A stretch of 64,000 nucleotides of DNA from Yuukianura sp. NJ FZ-2021 (Eukaryota): positions 5,022,001 through 5,086,000 of the forward strand of contig CM102287.1 of assembly GCA_046563655.1 (NCBI GenBank), read 5' to 3'. Under the pieces are notes generated by a model that worked only from the letters and a program-made list of their open reading frames with translations, made no database searches and was not told where the DNA came from. This document shows positions 62,542-64,000 of the stretch, piece by piece (position 1 is the stretch's first letter; the number at the start of each line of letters is the position of its first letter). The translations under genes were made by a program, and so were the position numbers.

Positions 62542-63463
62542 TTAAGCCCAACCAAAGAAAGATTCAACAACTATAGCAACAAATTCAACGGCGATTCCTC
62601 CCTCGATCAAAGCCTCTCCAAGTTCAGTAATTTCGGGAAGACGCTTCAAGCGTTGCCATGCAGCGGCCATTTCAGGTTGACGGAGTCGTTGAATGAGAGC
62701 GATGGCGGCGGGATCCTCTGATTGGTAAAGTTCAACGGTCAGCACAAACATGTCATTCACTGGAAGAACTTCAAGCAATTCCTCAAGTAGTTTTTGAATT
62801 GACCGCCCCAAATTGGCGTCGACAACAAAGGCGACTCCGTTGTTGACGGTGCCATTGTCCTTCAAGTCCCAGCCGAAGAAGGCACGAATCCGATTCAGCG
62901 TTTTGTAGATGCTCGTAGCGCCGTTGTCGTAGAACCACTGTGCAAGCTGAAACCGAGAAATACAAAAGGCTTAGGCCAATTCAAGTTTTGCCAATTCAAT
63001 TGCCTTTTTGAAAGTATTTGTATACTATGAACTTACCCGTTGATACTCGGGATCACTAGCCAAGTGCCGAGCGATTGCCTTGCCCTTGGCTCCACGCAAG
63101 TAGCGAAAAACCGCATGGGCGTCCGGATCATTGGCAAGTTTTTGAATCAAAAATTTCGCCAATGGTTCTTTGTCGACGAGGGCAAAAATTCGACCAAAAA
63201 GTTCGCCAATGTCGGGGTTTGAAATTTCAACTGTTTGCAATTCCTTTTCGACTTCATCTGAATCTAAAAGGGATAATTTTTTGCATGTATTTTTTGCAAA
63301 CAATTTTTTTTGCTTTGAATAGATACCTGTTGGAAGCCATACCGTGGCAAATCACTATAAGACTAAACGTTTTGCAAAAATTTTACCTAAATTTACCTTT
63401 CAATGGGCTTGTTGAAACGAATCCAACGCAGATGCAAACGAAAACAAAAATTTGAAAATTCAT
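62542..63463 (-). CDS. Secreted insect allergen-related repeat protein (G12 / Bla g 1 / nitrile-specifier-type single domain), 232 aa
   Basis: Exons 63463-63397 (signal peptide MNFQIFVFVCICVGFVSTSPLK), 63263-63037, 62946-62542 (699 nt). Two helical half-repeats, each ending FFGW: 'FALVDKEPL..LANDPDAHAVFRYL..DPEYQRLAQWFYDNG..IRAFFGW' and 'LEVLPVNDM..EDP..LIQRLRQPE..LIEGGI..VESFFGW'. Confidence 0.8.
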
Positions 63464-64000
63464 TTTGTGTTTTAGTTTACTAATTTATAACAATCAAGAT
63501 TTACACTACAAGAAGTAAGCATAAAATGCCCCAAGCTTCAGATTTGAAATGACTACGAATTTTTAATTGCAGCCGAATTTAAAATCAGAAACACCCCAAC
63601 CGCAGTAAATGTTTAATGTTTGTCAGTTTGTCCAAACAAAAGCATAAAAATTTTAAAGTAATCGATTAACGCGAAATAACTAGCACAATGGATGGACACT
63701 AAAATCCATAAAATGAACTGCCAAAAGTATTCGAAATTTTAGAAACAATGGAGTTTTAACCAAATTTATAGCTTTATAAACAAATCCTAACATTTTTGTT
63801 AAAGTTTTTGGAAAAAGTGAGTCAACTAAATTGACTTTCATGCCGCAACCTTTTAATTTTTCAAGCGAAATTTGTGTCATAAAAATATTAAAGTCTCTCT
63901 TTTTTGTGCATCAAAAAGCGTCAAAAAACATGTGGTATTTAATTCAAAATAGTGAGTTTTTTAAACATGTTTTGATTTTTTTTTTAAATGAAATGTCCTT

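Overview
Eukaryotic, intron-rich, AT-rich animal DNA, most likely a hexapod or other pancrustacean (inferred from an insect-allergen-repeat gene and pervasive TTAGG/CCTAA pentamers). By hand splicing I find five protein-coding genes: (1) a 24-exon AC8-type membrane adenylyl cyclase (+, 1189-21331, 5' end possibly outside the window) with a ~380-aa insertion in an M2 loop; (2) a MARCH5 RING-CH E3 ligase (-, 23861-25427); (3) a divergent class I SAM-methyltransferase-like gene (+, ~26691-27692); (4) an SLC16/MCT-family transporter (-, 28678-61279); (5) a secreted insect-allergen-repeat protein (-, 62542-63463). The most striking structure is in the transporter. Three separate N-terminal modules, spread over ~25 kb, each encode their own cytosolic tail plus their own copy of TM1 (YYPEG[G/E]WG[W/Y]). 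Each ends in a phase-1 donor that fits one shared acceptor at 32835, giving a variable-first-exon/constant-exon layout like UGT1A or the clustered protocadherins. Mobile elements: a young full-length BEL/Pao LTR retrotransposon (apparently identical LTRs, 5-bp TSD, one frameshift, no canonical tRNA PBS) inside the transporter, a Helitron-like element rich in DR1 nuclear-receptor motifs, a hAT-type MITE, and a pogo/Tc2-like MITE with a second MITE nested in it. All gene models are manual GT-AG/frame reconstructions with no transcript evidence.
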